From contig NC_068984.1 of NCBI RefSeq assembly GCF_001194135.2, positions 90,870,691 to 90,934,690 of the forward strand: 64,000 nucleotides of DNA. The letters are read 5' to 3'. Below, piece after piece: positions 1 through 13,009 of the stretch (the first letter of the stretch is position 1; each line of letters opens with the position of its first letter). Made by a program: the position numbers and the translations under genes. Source of the DNA: Octopus bimaculoides (taxonomy: Eukaryota). The notes under the pieces are model-generated. The model did not search any database and was not told the origin of the DNA. It saw only the letters and a program-made list of their open reading frames with translations.

Positions 1-365
1 ATTATATACCCTATCATATCATGTAATACGCCATGTGCAAATAAACTACTATATGGTAGAAACATAGGTAGTATGAATTGAACCAATGGCTATCCATCTT
101 CATTTATTATATTTTCCCCCTTGGGATACATGCTACAAGTACTGATAGACTAGGCATACACATCAGTATTCCTTTGGAGTATTGTGCCAACCAAAGACAG
201 ACTGAAGCGCTACTGAGTGGATAACTAGTCATTTAGACCCCATCAATTCATTATATATATAAATAAATATGGATATATAATTAAGATTCAGTTGAATTAT
301 ATACACACACACATATATATGTAAGTATGTACATATATATATGTATATATATATTTTATTTATAT

Positions 366-367
<2 letters not shown>

Positions 368-438
<71 letters not shown>
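368..438. repeat. (TA)n microsatellite
   Basis: Uninterrupted TA dinucleotide run. Confidence 0.95.
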
Positions 439-439
<1 letters not shown>

Positions 440-441
<2 letters not shown>

Positions 442-760
442 TTATACATGTTTTAGTCATTTGACTGTGGCCATGCTGGAGCACCACCTTAAAGGGCTTT
501 TTTAGTCAAAGAAATCAACCCCAGGACTTATCCTTTGTAAGCTTAATATTTATTCTATCAGACTCTTTTGCTGAACTGCTAAGTTATGGGGATGTAAACA
601 CACCAACATCGGTTGTCAAGCTATGGTGGGGGGGACAAACACACACACACATATATGTGTGTGTGTGTGTGTGTGTAGGATGGGCTTGTTTCAGTTTTGA
701 TCTACCAACTCCACTCACAAGGCTTTGGTGAGCTTGAAGCTATAGTAGCCACATATATAT
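440..760 (-). mobile_element. 5'-truncated SINE (tRNA-head family with internal microsatellite)
   Basis: Shares 'gactgtggccatgctggagcacc', 'gaactgctaagtt' and 'ttcagttt..atctacc..tccactcacaaggctttgg' with copies at about 6040, 14930, 25020 and 48960. Confidence 0.8.
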
Positions 761-959
761 TATATATATATTTATACAAACACCTATATATATCTAGGGA
801 AGTTATATAAAAGACATGGGGTGAAGTACTGAAGGCTGATCTCAAAATGCTGAGCCTTACAAAGGAGATGACACAGGATTGAGGTATGTGGAGCATTGCT
901 GTACTCAAGAAGACCCTCCCACCACCACAGAATTGATATCTAAACCCAAAGTGTCACAT

Positions 960-1155
960 AAAAAGCATTGGTGTAGATGCTGGTGCTAAAAAGCACCCAA
1001 CACACTGTAAAGTCATTGGCTTTAGGAAGGGCATTCAGCTATACAAACCAAGCCAAAACAGACTATGGAACCTGGTGCAGCCCCTGGCCTTGCCAGTTCC
1101 TATCAAGCCGGCCAACCCATGTCAGCATGGAAAACAGATGTTAAATGTTGATGAT
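960..1155 (+). mobile_element. RTE-3'-tail short repeat (SINE or truncated LINE)
   Basis: 'aaaagcaccca..aggaagggcattcagct..ccaacccatg..catggaaaac..gttaaatg' matches the RTE 3' end at about 23450-23640. Confidence 0.75.
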
Positions 1156-1159
1156 ATAT

Positions 1160-1359
1160 GTGGACAAACGAAGTAAGGGCACTCAACCAATTTATTGGGA
1201 GTTACATGTATAGATCAAAACAATTTGATTCAAATTCATTAGTACTTGAGTTTCAAGCATGATGCTAGTTGTCAGCCATTCAAATTCAAAATGCCTGACA
1301 ACTAGCATCGCACTTGAAACTCAAGAGTACCAACGAATTTTAATTAATCTCTTTTGATC
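1160..1359. mobile_element. Palindromic MITE-like element
   Basis: Imperfect inverted arms 1213-1359 (cttgagtttcaagcatgatgctagttgtcag / ctgacaactagcatcgcacttgaaactcaag). A related reverse-complement copy lies at about 63200-63342. Confidence 0.6.
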
Positions 1360-1365
1360 CAAGAT

Positions 1366-1690
1366 TTCTGATCAAAAAGTATCAGGACTGGTGTTATTAA
1401 AAGAAAATTACAACACATATCAATTCAGCATTTAATCTCCTTCAAAGTAGTCCCCTTCCGAAGCCTAACACTTTATTCAGTGTCATTTCTATTGATGGAA
1501 GCACTCCTGGAACTCCTTTTTTGGGATAGCAAGCAGCTGCTTTGTCACATTCTCTTGGATTTCCTTGGCATCTTGAAATCTTGTTCTTTTCAAGTGGGAT
1601 TTAATTTTTGGAAAAAGGAAAGGGTCATAGCCATAGACCCACAATTTGTCACCTGTTATAACAGTTTTCATCTTCCTCAACACAATCAAG
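1366..1690 (-). mobile_element. Mariner transposon 3' fragment (transposase C-terminus plus TIR)
   Basis: Translation FLFPKIKSHLKRTRFQDAKEIQENVTKQLLAIPKKEFQECFHQ is a typical mariner C-terminus. TIR-like 'tctgatcaaaaagtatcaggactgg' at about 1367. Confidence 0.85.
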
Positions 1691-2849
1691 AAGATTCAGC
1701 ACAGCTAAAACCCAGTATTTTTGAGATAACCCTACTCTGCACACTTTACTTCTAAGGTCTGCTGTAAACAACAGAAGTGTGCAGGAACATTACAATTTCG
1801 TGTGCATTTGTGATAAAGTTGCCTAACAAGTACTGACATATTGAAACAAGAAGACAATTGGGATTTTTCTTTATTATATCTTTTTAATTTATAGCTAGTT
1901 TATAGATTTGATTTTTTTTCTTCTTTTTTCGGCAGCTATTTGTCATTGCAATGCTTAGAATCCTCTCTACCCCTCCCCAAGAGCCTGGGAACAGGAAATA
2001 TAAGGGGTGCACTTGCACTCCTTAAACTTTTTGGTGGGTGCAAAATCAAGATCTGCAACCCCTACTTACCTTTCCCAGGCTTAGGAAATCGCTTACAAAG
2101 ACTGATCTGTAAAAGCTGCTTGAAATTAATAAACAAACAGAAAATGAAAAAATCCCTAGAACGACATTACTGAACTAAATCATCATCAACATCACAATTA
2201 AATGAATATATGTGGGTGGGGTAGCAACAATAGCCATTACTCCTCAATACTAGCACAATTGAGGACCTATTAAACTCCATGATCAAGAGCCCTTCACAAT
2301 CCAGCTATCCACACTCCTCATTTCCTCTGAATATCACAACTCACCCATCAGCATTGCCATCATGACCTTTAACAACTAAACAAGATCAACTGCCATGGTC
2401 ATTCCTCAATGCTAGCACAATTGATGAATTATTAAATCACAGTCCTTAGCTGTTCTCCACAATCAGGCTACTCAAATACCTCTCAGAATAACACGAGATC
2501 CATCATCACCATTGTCATCCTATTCTACTACTACTCCAATTGGTGAAGAATCACTCCTTTCTTCCCCACCCCCTCTGTTCACCTCAATCTGAATGTACAC
2601 CTCACAGCTCCATGATAAATTTTGCCAACTGTAAATAAAGAAAAACTGAGTAAATAAACTGTAAATAATGCCAAAAATATGCCGCAATTTTCAAAGTGAG
2701 AGACTGCAACTTCACCCATTCACCTGGATAAGAGACACAATTTGTACAAGCAAATACCAAAGCACACAGCTTACACAACCACCACCACTAAATGCTAAAT
2801 CACACTTAATAACTTATACATATGTAGCCTGGAATCCTAAAATTTGCTA

Positions 2850-5800
2850 TTTACATCTCAAAAGATTATGTCTGAAGTGTGACTGTCCCTTCACTCTTCT
2901 TCCAGGGACTTGGTGCACTATTAAAAGCACGACTCCAAACCTACAGAAGAAACAGCCCTTACAGTGGCAGTGTTGGTCTGAATTTTCATCAAAACCTTGA
3001 AGTCACCCAGATATCCACTGGATATAATAAAACCAACAGCCACAAACCATATAACTACAACCATAACAACTCCAGACAACCCCGCCCCCTTCCCAAGAGA
3101 AGAAAATTCTATTTTCAACCATAATGAATCTGACAAAAGAAATAAAAAAAAAAAAACCTTTTCACTTTCACACAGTACCAACCACTGCTATTACCTCAGT
3201 GCACAACTATACATCGTTGCTGTCATTAACCCATAAAGTCAACTCAATAATAATGCTAAATGTAAGAAGGTCTCCCACACCACACAAATTGAACAAGAGC
3301 ATCATATTTTAGCAACTTTGTACACTGAGAAAAGACAATGCATGTAGCACTAAGTGAAACATACCTGACCCCAGACATATTGGATGTGGAAGTACAGACA
3401 TCAGGTTATGTACTACACAGAACTGCCCACAGAATATGGAAACAAGGAGTAGTGCTCTTCATCTATGAAGACCTGGCAACAAATGTCCTCCTCTCCCACT
3501 CCAAAACAGTGTGCAATACACTAATAATACACTAGTATTGTGATCACCCTCAATTTGATTATAGGCATCATCTATCATCCTCCTGATGCAGTCAACCATG
3601 GGGATCACTTCAGAGTTGTCTTGTTGCTCATAAATCAAACCTCCAATGAGGCCAGCTCACAGGCCAATGTACTTTTAACAGGGGACTTCAATTTTCCCAG
3701 TTTCAACTGGCCAAAGGGCTATATCCAACCTGAAATGAAACAACTGAACAGGAGAGATATGAATACTCTTATTGATACCACTAAAGACTTTCTCATGCAA
3801 AAATCATTACCTGTCCAACTAGTGGTTAGAATCAATACAGACTTCATTCACAACATTCAGGTTATTCCTACAGCTATTTCCAACCACAACATTATACAAT
3901 TATCTGTATATGGTTCAAAGAGGGTAACAAACACTAACATCAAACATGACTCACTCCTCATGAACTTGTATTTCAGGAAAGCCAACTGATCTTGGAATAT
4001 TGGCAACCTCAATGTTAATGAGGGAATGAAGTTTCTGTACAAAGAGTTAATAAAGATCTGTCGAAAGCATGCCCCATATAAACATGCTTATTCCTGCAAG
4101 AACTTGAACCCATGGGACAGACAGATATTAATGTATAACAGAAACAAAGCAACAAAACAACTGAAAAAACCAAACACACTCAACAGATGAGATTGTGAAA
4201 AAATATTAGAAAATAAAGAACATTGAACTGGACCTAAAACCATCTTAGGAAAAAGAAACTTCGCTAAGGGAACACCAAACAGTGGAAAGTATAAATCTAT
4301 TCATAAGTTTTTTTTCTAATTTGCTGAACAAAAATCAGCTACACATAACCAGACTGGCTCTCTAATATATCAAAATGGAACATATGCCAATGATTCATTA
4401 CAAATATGCACATTCTGGAATCAACTGTGCATTTTTGCATTTTCCCAACCTACAGTTAACAAAACAGTATATAAGCCAAATGAATTCTTTGATCCCCAAA
4501 ATTCAACTACAGGGACACTTCTAAAAATTAATGATATTGCAATTAATGACCTAAATTCAAACTCAGCATCTAGACCAGGTGGTCTCCGAGCAATACTGTT
4601 CAAAACATGCAAAAACAGCCTCGTGAAACCTTTAAAGATACTATTTCAAAAGTCACTAAATACCAGTATATTCCCAGAACTACTGAAAGACAACAGTAAC
4701 TCTTATACACGAAGTGGGGTGGGGTGGCAGGGTTGAAGCTAAAAATTACATACCTTCTTCTCTCACATCTCACACATCTAAAATTATCAAATGTATTTTC
4801 TGAAAAAGAATTATTACATAACTTGAGGAGAAAACCTCTTAGATGGTTTTTGGACTGCATGAAACTGCCTGTTACTACTATCACAGCATCATTACTCTAT
4901 TCTCAATAATCTCTAGAGAGGAAAGGACATTGTGTGCATCTTGATTTTGCTAAGGCATTTGTCCTAAGTTAAGAGATCTTGATATATCACAGGAAAACTT
5001 GGAGAATGGCTCTTTGACATCTTATATGGTAGGAGTCAATCTGTTGTTGCAAATGGTTTTCTCTCTGCTATGTCACTTGTAATAAGTGATATACCTCAGG
5101 GAATGGTTCTAGGATCATTATTATTTATCATCACCCTATCAGGTATGGCATCATAAGTTATGCCAATGACACAAAAATATCCAAACTCCAGAAGATACTC
5201 TAAAATGAGCTAAACCTCATTTATCAATGGGCAGATAAAATCATTATGAAGTTTAGTACATCAAAATTTCAGGTTCTTTGTTACGGAGGGAATACACACA
5301 ATATTTGACACTAGTTAACACAATAATTCAGAGTGCTAATGACATATGGGAGAGTAATAATGTCCAATGATGCATCTTTCCTTAGACACATCAGCAAACT
5401 GATCTCAATATGCAAACAGCTTACAGGATGGATCCTACAAACCTTTGTGACAAGAGAGCCAGTAGTTAGGTAAACTCTATGGAAAACCCTAGTTCTGAGC
5501 AGATTAGGTTACTGCTCGAAGCTTTGGTTTCCTAGAAGAAATTGAAGGGTTACAAAGAATGTTCACCAGCCGTAATTACAAGGAACATTTGAAAGTGCAG
5601 TAGCTCTACTCTCTTGAATGCTGAAGGGAGAGATATACTATCACATATATATGTAAAATCATGTACACATATGTTCTAAACTTTGGCATTAGAGAGTATT
5701 TTAATGCATGAACTGTTAGATACAGTCAGCTTCCAGATATACTACCTTTGAAATCACAAACAAAAGCACTGCTATACCAGTCTGTTATTTAGAGGTCCTG

Positions 5801-5990
5801 AACTATTCAACTGCCTACCTAAAGTAATAAGATATATAAAAGAAATATCTACTGAAACATTAATAGAGAATCATTGGATAAACTCCAAACAATAATACTG
5901 GACCAGTCAGCCATTCAAAGATGCATCCTAGGGAGATCAAACTCAATCATAGACCAACTTCCAACCATAAAGCAACAACAAAACTAATAG
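2850..5990 (+). mobile_element. Decayed CR1/L2-group LINE (APE endonuclease plus RT)
   Basis: APE motifs ALSETYL, IIGIIYHPP, LTGDFNFP, ISNHNII. RT remnants KPLKILFQKSL, SDIPQGMVLGSLLFII, YANDTKI. Many stops and frameshifts. Confidence 0.85.
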
Positions 5991-6039
5991 AAAATAAATT
6001 AAAGCAGTGATCCAGTATGGCCGCAGTCCAACAACTGAA

Positions 6040-6380
6040 ATCTCCCAACCACATGGCTCTGAATTAAGTCCCTCTGCATGGAACTTTGCATAAGTGTCTT
6101 CTACAATAGCCTTAGGTTGACCAGAGCCTTGTGAATGGATTTGGTAGACGGAAACCGAAAGAAGCCAGCCGTGTATGTATACGTGCGTGTGTTTGTCACC
6201 CAACTATCATTTGAGAGGTGTTGGTGTGTTTACATCCCAAGAGTTTAGTGGTTCAGCAAAGAGACCAACAGAATAAGTACCAGGCTTAAAAGAAAAGTAC
6301 TGGGGTTGATTCATTCAACTAATAGTTCTCGCTGTTGTGCCAGCAAAGCCGCAGAGTCTAATAACTAAAATGAGCAAAAG
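6040..6380 (+). mobile_element. SINE, near full length, degenerate
   Basis: 'cccaaccacatgg..aagtgtcttctac..ccttgtgaatggatttggtagacggaaac.gaaagaagcc' followed by the 'gagacc..agaataagtacc' tail. Confidence 0.75.
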
Positions 6381-6383
6381 ATA

Positions 6384-6690
6384 TCTATATATATTAAAAT
6401 GAGAATGTGTGTCTGTCTGTGTGAATCCCTAAAACTCGAGAACTACGCAACCAATTTCATTCAAATTTTACAGATGCCTTACTTAGGGTTCCAGTTGTGT
6501 TTTAGTCAAAAAAAATTTTAACTTCTTGCAGAGTTCGAGCCCACAGCAACATAATATCTCCTCCACTATTTAAGTATTACGTGTCAAAAGTGAAACAAAA
6601 ACACTCATGTCAAATACTTTCACTTTAAAAATGAAACTATTCTACTAACTGAAACAATCACATTTCGATACTGTAATGACAGATACTTTC

Positions 6691-6721
<31 letters not shown>

Positions 6722-7611
6722 NNNNNNNNNNNNNNNNNNNNNNNNNNNNNNNNNNNNNNNNNNNNNNNNNNNNNNNNNNNNNNNNNNNNNNNNNNNNNNN
6801 NNNNNNNNNNNNNNNNNNNNNNNNNNNNNNNNNNNNNNNNNNNNNNNNNNNNNNNNNNNNNNNNNNNNNNNNNNNNNNNNNNNNNNNNNNNNNNNNNNNN
6901 NNNNNNNNNNNNNNNNNNNNNNNNNNNNNNNNNNNNNNNNNNNNNNNNNNNNNNNNNNNNNNNNNNNNNNNNNNNNNNNNNNNNNNNNNNNNNNNNNNNN
7001 NNNNNNNNNNNNNNNNNNNNNNNNNNNNNNNNNNNNNNNNNNNNNNNNNNNNNNNNNNNNNNNNNNNNNNNNNNNNNNNNNNNNNNNNNNNNNNNNNNNN
7101 NNNNNNNNNNNNNNNNNNNNNNNNNNNNNNNNNNNNNNNNNNNNNNNNNNNNNNNNNNNNNNNNNNNNNNNNNNNNNNNNNNNNNNNNNNNNNNNNNNNN
7201 NNNNNNNNNNNNNNNNNNNNNNNNNNNNNNNNNNNNNNNNNNNNNNNNNNNNNNNNNNNNNNNNNNNNNNNNNNNNNNNNNNNNNNNNNNNNNNNNNNNN
7301 NNNNNNNNNNNNNNNNNNNNNNNNNNNNNNNNNNNNNNNNNNNNNNNNNNNNNNNNNNNNNNNNNNNCTTTGGGTCTTTTTATTATCACTATGACACAAA
7401 TAGTCCCCAGTTGGTAACATTGATTTCAAGGCCCTCCTAGATGAGAGACTGGCATTCCACTTAATGTCTATGTTCCATGCTGGCATGGATTGGAGAGTTA
7501 TGTAGAAATATGGTATCGTAGCTACTAACGGTTGAGGGTTGCGTAGTCTAGACGGCGTTTTTAGATTTCATTATTCTCTTTAACCCAGGCAAAGCCGGGT
7601 ATTTCTGCTAG
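6384..7611 (+). mobile_element. Non-autonomous Helitron-like element spanning an N-gap
   Basis: 5' TC(tatatatattaaaatgag) at 6384, 3' CTAG at 7608-7611, GC-rich hairpin cccaggc-aaa-gccggg at 7584-7599, inserted between A and T with no TSD. That both ends belong to one element is inferred across the gap. Confidence 0.7.
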
Positions 7612-7639
<28 letters not shown>

Positions 7640-7643
<4 letters not shown>

Positions 7644-8670
7644 GTTTCCTGGGAGCTTGCAGTGTTACTTTCTCATAATCAATGGACACAACACACAGAG
7701 GCAAAAGATCAGTGAAGTCAAGAGAGCCCTCAAGCTGATGAAAAAAGGAAAAGTACCGGGCAAGGATGGTATATCTAAAATGCTGCTGGCTGGTGGAGAG
7801 CAGCTATGGAAAATTCTTACTCTACGCTTCAACTGCTACCTAAAGGAAGTGTCAATACCTTCTCAATGGAAGGAGTCAAATACAATCCTGCTGTACAAGA
7901 AAGTGATAAAGACTATCGTAGACCCAATGGGATGAGGTGGTCAAGCATGACCTTCGAACATTGGGCCTCATAGAGGCAATGACGAAAGACAGAGACCTCT
8001 GGAGATATGCTGTGACTGTGAAGACCCAACAAATAAAGTAAGTTCACAGCTGTATCCTACACCAGTTTTGCATAACCAGCCCCAGCCCATTCAAAAGTAC
8101 CTTGGATTGTAGGGCGACCTGCTGTGCTTGAGGAGACCTATTGAGTCAAGTACATCAACATCAAAATAAAAATCAAATGGAAATTCTAGCTGTGATATCC
8201 GTGCTGGTGGCACATAAAAACCACCATCCAAACGTGGCTGATGCCAGTGCCGCCTTGACTGGCTTCTGTGCCGATGGCACGTAAAAAGCACCAACCGATC
8301 ATGATCATTGCCAGCCTGCTCTGGCCCCTGTGCTGGTGGCACATAAAAAGTACCCACTATACTCATGGAGTGGTTGGCGTTAGGAAGGGCATCCAGCTGT
8401 AGAAACAATGCCAGATCAGACTGGAGCCTGGTGCAGCCTCCTGGCTTCCCAGACCCCGGTCGAACCATCCAACCCATGCAAGCATGGAAAACAGACGTTA
8501 AACAATGATGATGATGAAGTCTTATCTGCCTCCTGTCTCATATTTACAAACTGCTCATAAAGATAATTGCTGAATGGTTATCTCAACAACTGGATGAGCA
8601 GCAACCAAGAGAACAGGCAGGGTTCAGAAAAAAGTACAGCACTATAGATTATATATTTACTCTAACTCAG
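7640..8670 (+). mobile_element. RTE-clade LINE RT fragment interrupted by a second RTE 3' fragment (about 7915-8515)
   Basis: KGKVPGKDGI..WKESNTILLYKK before the insert and (I)CLLSHIYKLL..EQAGFRKKYSTIDYIFTLTQL after it. The insert carries WDEVVKHDLRTLGL and the (gat)n tail. Confidence 0.75.
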
Positions 8671-8714
8671 TTGGTGGTATGAGCAAGAAAATATCTGTGT
8701 GTGTGTGTGTATAA

Positions 8715-8746
<32 letters not shown>

Positions 8747-8749
8747 TAT

Positions 8750-10050
8750 ACAGACAAGAAAGTAATATTTCGAATGCAGTATAACCGTGAAAACAGCAGA
8801 AAGTTGGGTATTTTACCCTTATAAGATAGAGAAAATGCATGTCTAATTGTGGACTAAGTGAGATTATATTTAATCTTACCCTCCTTAAGCTACCACACAA
8901 AATCAGCCAAAGATATTGAATGCCTCTTGTTGAAGCTGGTGATATGGCTTCGATATTGATTGCTGAAAGAATCAGCTGTTGCACTAATGTAAACATAGGG
9001 CCCTCCCCGTATGTGTACAGTTACTTATAAACAACATTGATATTCATACAGAGGTTCATTAATGGGCATTTTGTTTTTTTCTCTGCATGAGAATTTATTA
9101 GATTTAGTAGCATTTGTGGCTCTGCTGATCTCATTTTCCAGCACTATCACCATGTTGTCTATATCTCTATTTTTGTTATCTGGATGTGGCTGCAGCAGGT
9201 ACTCTTCATTCTGGTTGGTATTGCTTTCTCTTGATATTTTATTCTTTGCTATCCTTCCTAATTATCAAGCCGGAAGTAGTTTCCCTGTCATAGGCTAGGG
9301 CCCACTGGGTGGATTATTCAATGCTTGGTTCATTTTTCCATTCTTAATGTGGTGTAGGTGTTGTTCTAAGTTTGCGTTTAATACTTTCACAATGTGCCTA
9401 TTAAAAATAGTATGGTATCTATTTGATTGAGAAGCATTTATCTAATGTGGCAAAAAATTTCCTGGCAATCCTTGTTGGAACATGTGAACTGTGGATTAGG
9501 TTACACCAGAGGACATCATGTTTCTTATGTTTGCTGTTTGGATTATTGATTCTGGTGTTGTATGGAGTTGGGGCAATTTGTGTTCCAAGTTGTACTATGA
9601 TTATGTTGTGTGTGTCTAGGGGTTTTGATGTGCCAAAGAATACAGTGAACTGTATTTCCTATCTGATACCATACAAAATGAAATCCTAGAGACATATGTG
9701 CCTGTGTCTCTGTTGCATCTAGTGAGGGAATGTTCAGCACGCTGCACTGTATCAAGACCTGACTCTGTACCACAATGATGCAACACCATCTGACATACCG
9801 TGCTGTAATGCATGTACATAAAACCTTGAGCAATGAAAATACTTTGGACATCCTCCCTGGAAAACTTCATTGCCAAAATGATCAAGCAAAGAAAGATTTT
9901 GGAACTGATTTGAAACATTACTTTTCCACATGTAATAATAAAAATTATTAATATACCTGTTTGTTTTGATATTAAGAATGAAAGAACATCGACCTTGTTA
10001 ATAAAAAATTTTGGAGCTGGGTTTGCACCCACTAAGAAATTTTGTTTCCA
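8750..10050 (-). mobile_element. Penelope-like element (Naiad-type) remnant: RT thumb plus GIY-YIG
   Basis: Minus-strand translations VLWCN..TRIARKFFATLDKCF, FNRHIVKV, CREKNKCP, VYISATADSFSNQYRSHITSF, SLADFVW*LKE..Y.LT*S.I. Confidence 0.7.
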
Positions 10051-11897
10051 GGCCACTGCCCACCTCTTGCTTGTTTATGACCAACCTTCCAACTTAAATT
10101 TCAATGTGAAAGCGTGTGAATTAAGCCCCCACCTTTTTTTTTTTGCATTGATAAGGTTAAGGTTTCAAATATTCCTTTCAGAAGGAAAAAGCTATTTTGT
10201 CATATTCTCCTTCTCCATTGAACGTGTCATATGGTAGACAGAAACTGAAAGAAGCCTGTCACAGAGAGAGAAAGAGGGAGGGAGAGAGAGCGAGAGATCA
10301 CTGCGCAGTATGTGGGAGAGGGTAGTGATGTGCAGATTGGTAGTGTTATAATAGCCAGTGTACTCCATGTAGTTTTTGTTTGTTGTTTAATGCTGGTTTC
10401 AAGTTATTAATTAGGATGGCCTCTTTGATTCAAAAGTTGCCTGTGTTGTGTTCTATGGCTCTGATAGACGCAGTAAAGTCCAAGGTCTGGTACTTTAGCA
10501 AATGTGTATACACATGTTCTTCGATGTGAATGGGCAGTTTTCTTACCTTACAAGTTTTCTATTAAAAGCTATCAACACAACAAATCTGATGTGTAGAAAT
10601 GACTTGCTCTTGGGAAAAAGTGAACATACAGACCTTGTCTGACTGCTTGCAACAATATTAATATTCCAGTAAATGCACCCATCGGTAAGTGAATCATGTG
10701 TGTCTGAGTAACAGATTTATCTTCTACCACTTTCTACAACAAGTAAAGTTCATTGGTAGGCTTGAATACTTTGAAGTCATTTAGTTTCATATTCCTGTTT
10801 CTGTTAACACAACCAATATTTATTTATATTGAGAAACAAAATTTTTCTATCTAGATTGTGTATATTTGTATTAATACTAATTACAGTAATTTTGAGAAGT
10901 TAAAATTGCATAATGATGTCAATGATTGATTTGTATAATGTAAGTCCAGGTTTTTTTAGTAGCACCATTCCAAAACTAAAATTTTCCATTTATGATTAAT
11001 ATCATCATAAGCATGCAGGTATCGAATCATTTAATACCCCACTCTTGAAAAAAATTATTATTATTTCTTAACCAATTGAAATCAATGCATTATCTTAACA
11101 TTTATTGATATGAAGGAATAAAAGGCTAAATCCATTCAAATGGAATTATATAATTTTTAAAAGTAAATAGTCTTTGAATGTGACAATTTGGAAAGAACAA
11201 TAAGTTATTAAAAGATGGAAAAAAAAACAAACTACAAACTAATAGCATTGATTTATTACACTTTGGTTGCAAGAGCCTCTATACATTTGCATGACCTGAT
11301 AGAAATAACTGCCAAATCTCCTTCAAATTGCACTCTCATCTTTCAAAGAAAGATACAGTGGACAATATAAAGGCAAGCTAGTCATGGCTTTATATATCTG
11401 TTTAATCAGAGCTGACTTGGGGCTCAAAAAACATTCTGATTAAGAATAAATTCTATTTAACAATAAAGTCTAGATACAATAAATAAACTATAGTCAAATG
11501 GATTACTGAATCAGTAGATTCTAAATTTGAATCCCACCCATGTCCACTTTCACCATACCAAGATTGATAAATTAGTAATGCCACTGCCCCAGCATGATCA
11601 AATTTCAATGTCTGAAAACAGCAATAGAAAAAAAGAACTTTAAAAATATAAAAATATGAACTGCAGTTGTTCCATATTTTTTCTAACAAGAAGACAATAT
11701 CAAAGGAACCATTTTTTTTCTTTTCAGGCCATTAACTTCATAGTTTACCGTCAAAATAACAAATCTCGTTTTTGGCTTTTTTTTATGTTAACTAAACTAA
11801 ACAAGATCTTGACTTAGGATTCAGCTTAAATACTTTAATATCTCAAAACAAAGAAACCTTTCATCAATAAAATCTTTGTTTCTTCAAACCCTAAAAC

Positions 11898-11902
<5 letters not shown>

Positions 11903-11955
<53 letters not shown>

Positions 11956-12051
11956 NNNNNNNNNNNNNNNNNNNNNNNNNNNNNNNNNNNNNNNNNNNNN
12001 NNNNNNNNNNNNNNNNNNNNNNNNNNNNNNNNNNNNNNNNNNNNNNNNNNN

Positions 12052-12095
<44 letters not shown>

Positions 12096-12107
12096 CACAC
12101 ACACACA
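11903..12107. repeat. (GA)n/(CA)n microsatellite around an N-gap
   Basis: Direct observation. Confidence 0.9.
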
Positions 12108-13009
12108 ATGTTCAAACAAAATCATTCAGATTAGCAGAAGTATGAAATACCTACCAGCAATTATAATGTTCAACTACAATAAAATCACTATTATCCTCAC
12201 TACTAAATACTGTAACAACAGCATTTAGCAAGAAAAAAAATGACAAAAGAGTTTTGAGAGCCAACTTTATTTTACCCAAGAGAGCTAACTTCATTTTACA
12301 CAATTAAGCTAAAATGAATAAATCAAGGGAAATTATTCTGATAACTAAATGTGACAATTCTAATCTTAAAACAGTAGTTGACAGTTTGAAAACAAATTAA
12401 CAGCCATCAACAATAAAATTTGAGTGACGGGACATTAATTGCCTGATTATTTGAATTCCAGTAAAGCAAACCAGTCTTTGCTGGACTATCTTAGTGATAA
12501 ATAACCACAGGCGTGAGGGAGACCACTCTTTGTCATTCTAAATGGGATTGCAGGGACTTATTGTGATAAAACTGTTAGGAGATAATTATATTAAATAATT
12601 TGAATTCAGGCACAATAGAACTTTTCTGTTTTCAGTCTTTTCTTTGATATGAGCATTTTTTCGGGGGTGGGGGCATTGTCACAAAGCAAACTAAGTAGGC
12701 ACACATAGTTTTGTGTTGTTTCAGGAACAATGCTTCTAAATATGTTATACTACAATTACCATTGCACAAGCAGAGGCCATTGTTAGAGTGGTTGATATAG
12801 TTCTGATTCACTGGCTTTTGATTTAAAGTAAAAAAAAAAATTAAAAATACCTATTTTTCTCCTTTACACTCACACACACAAATTAATGCACCAATGATCA
12901 AACTGCTTATAAAGAGAAATAAAAATGCATCAAACCACCATCATAACAGGCTTCGTTTACACAAAGATGGTGAAATGATATATTGGACCTCAAACATGAA
13001 AATACCACG

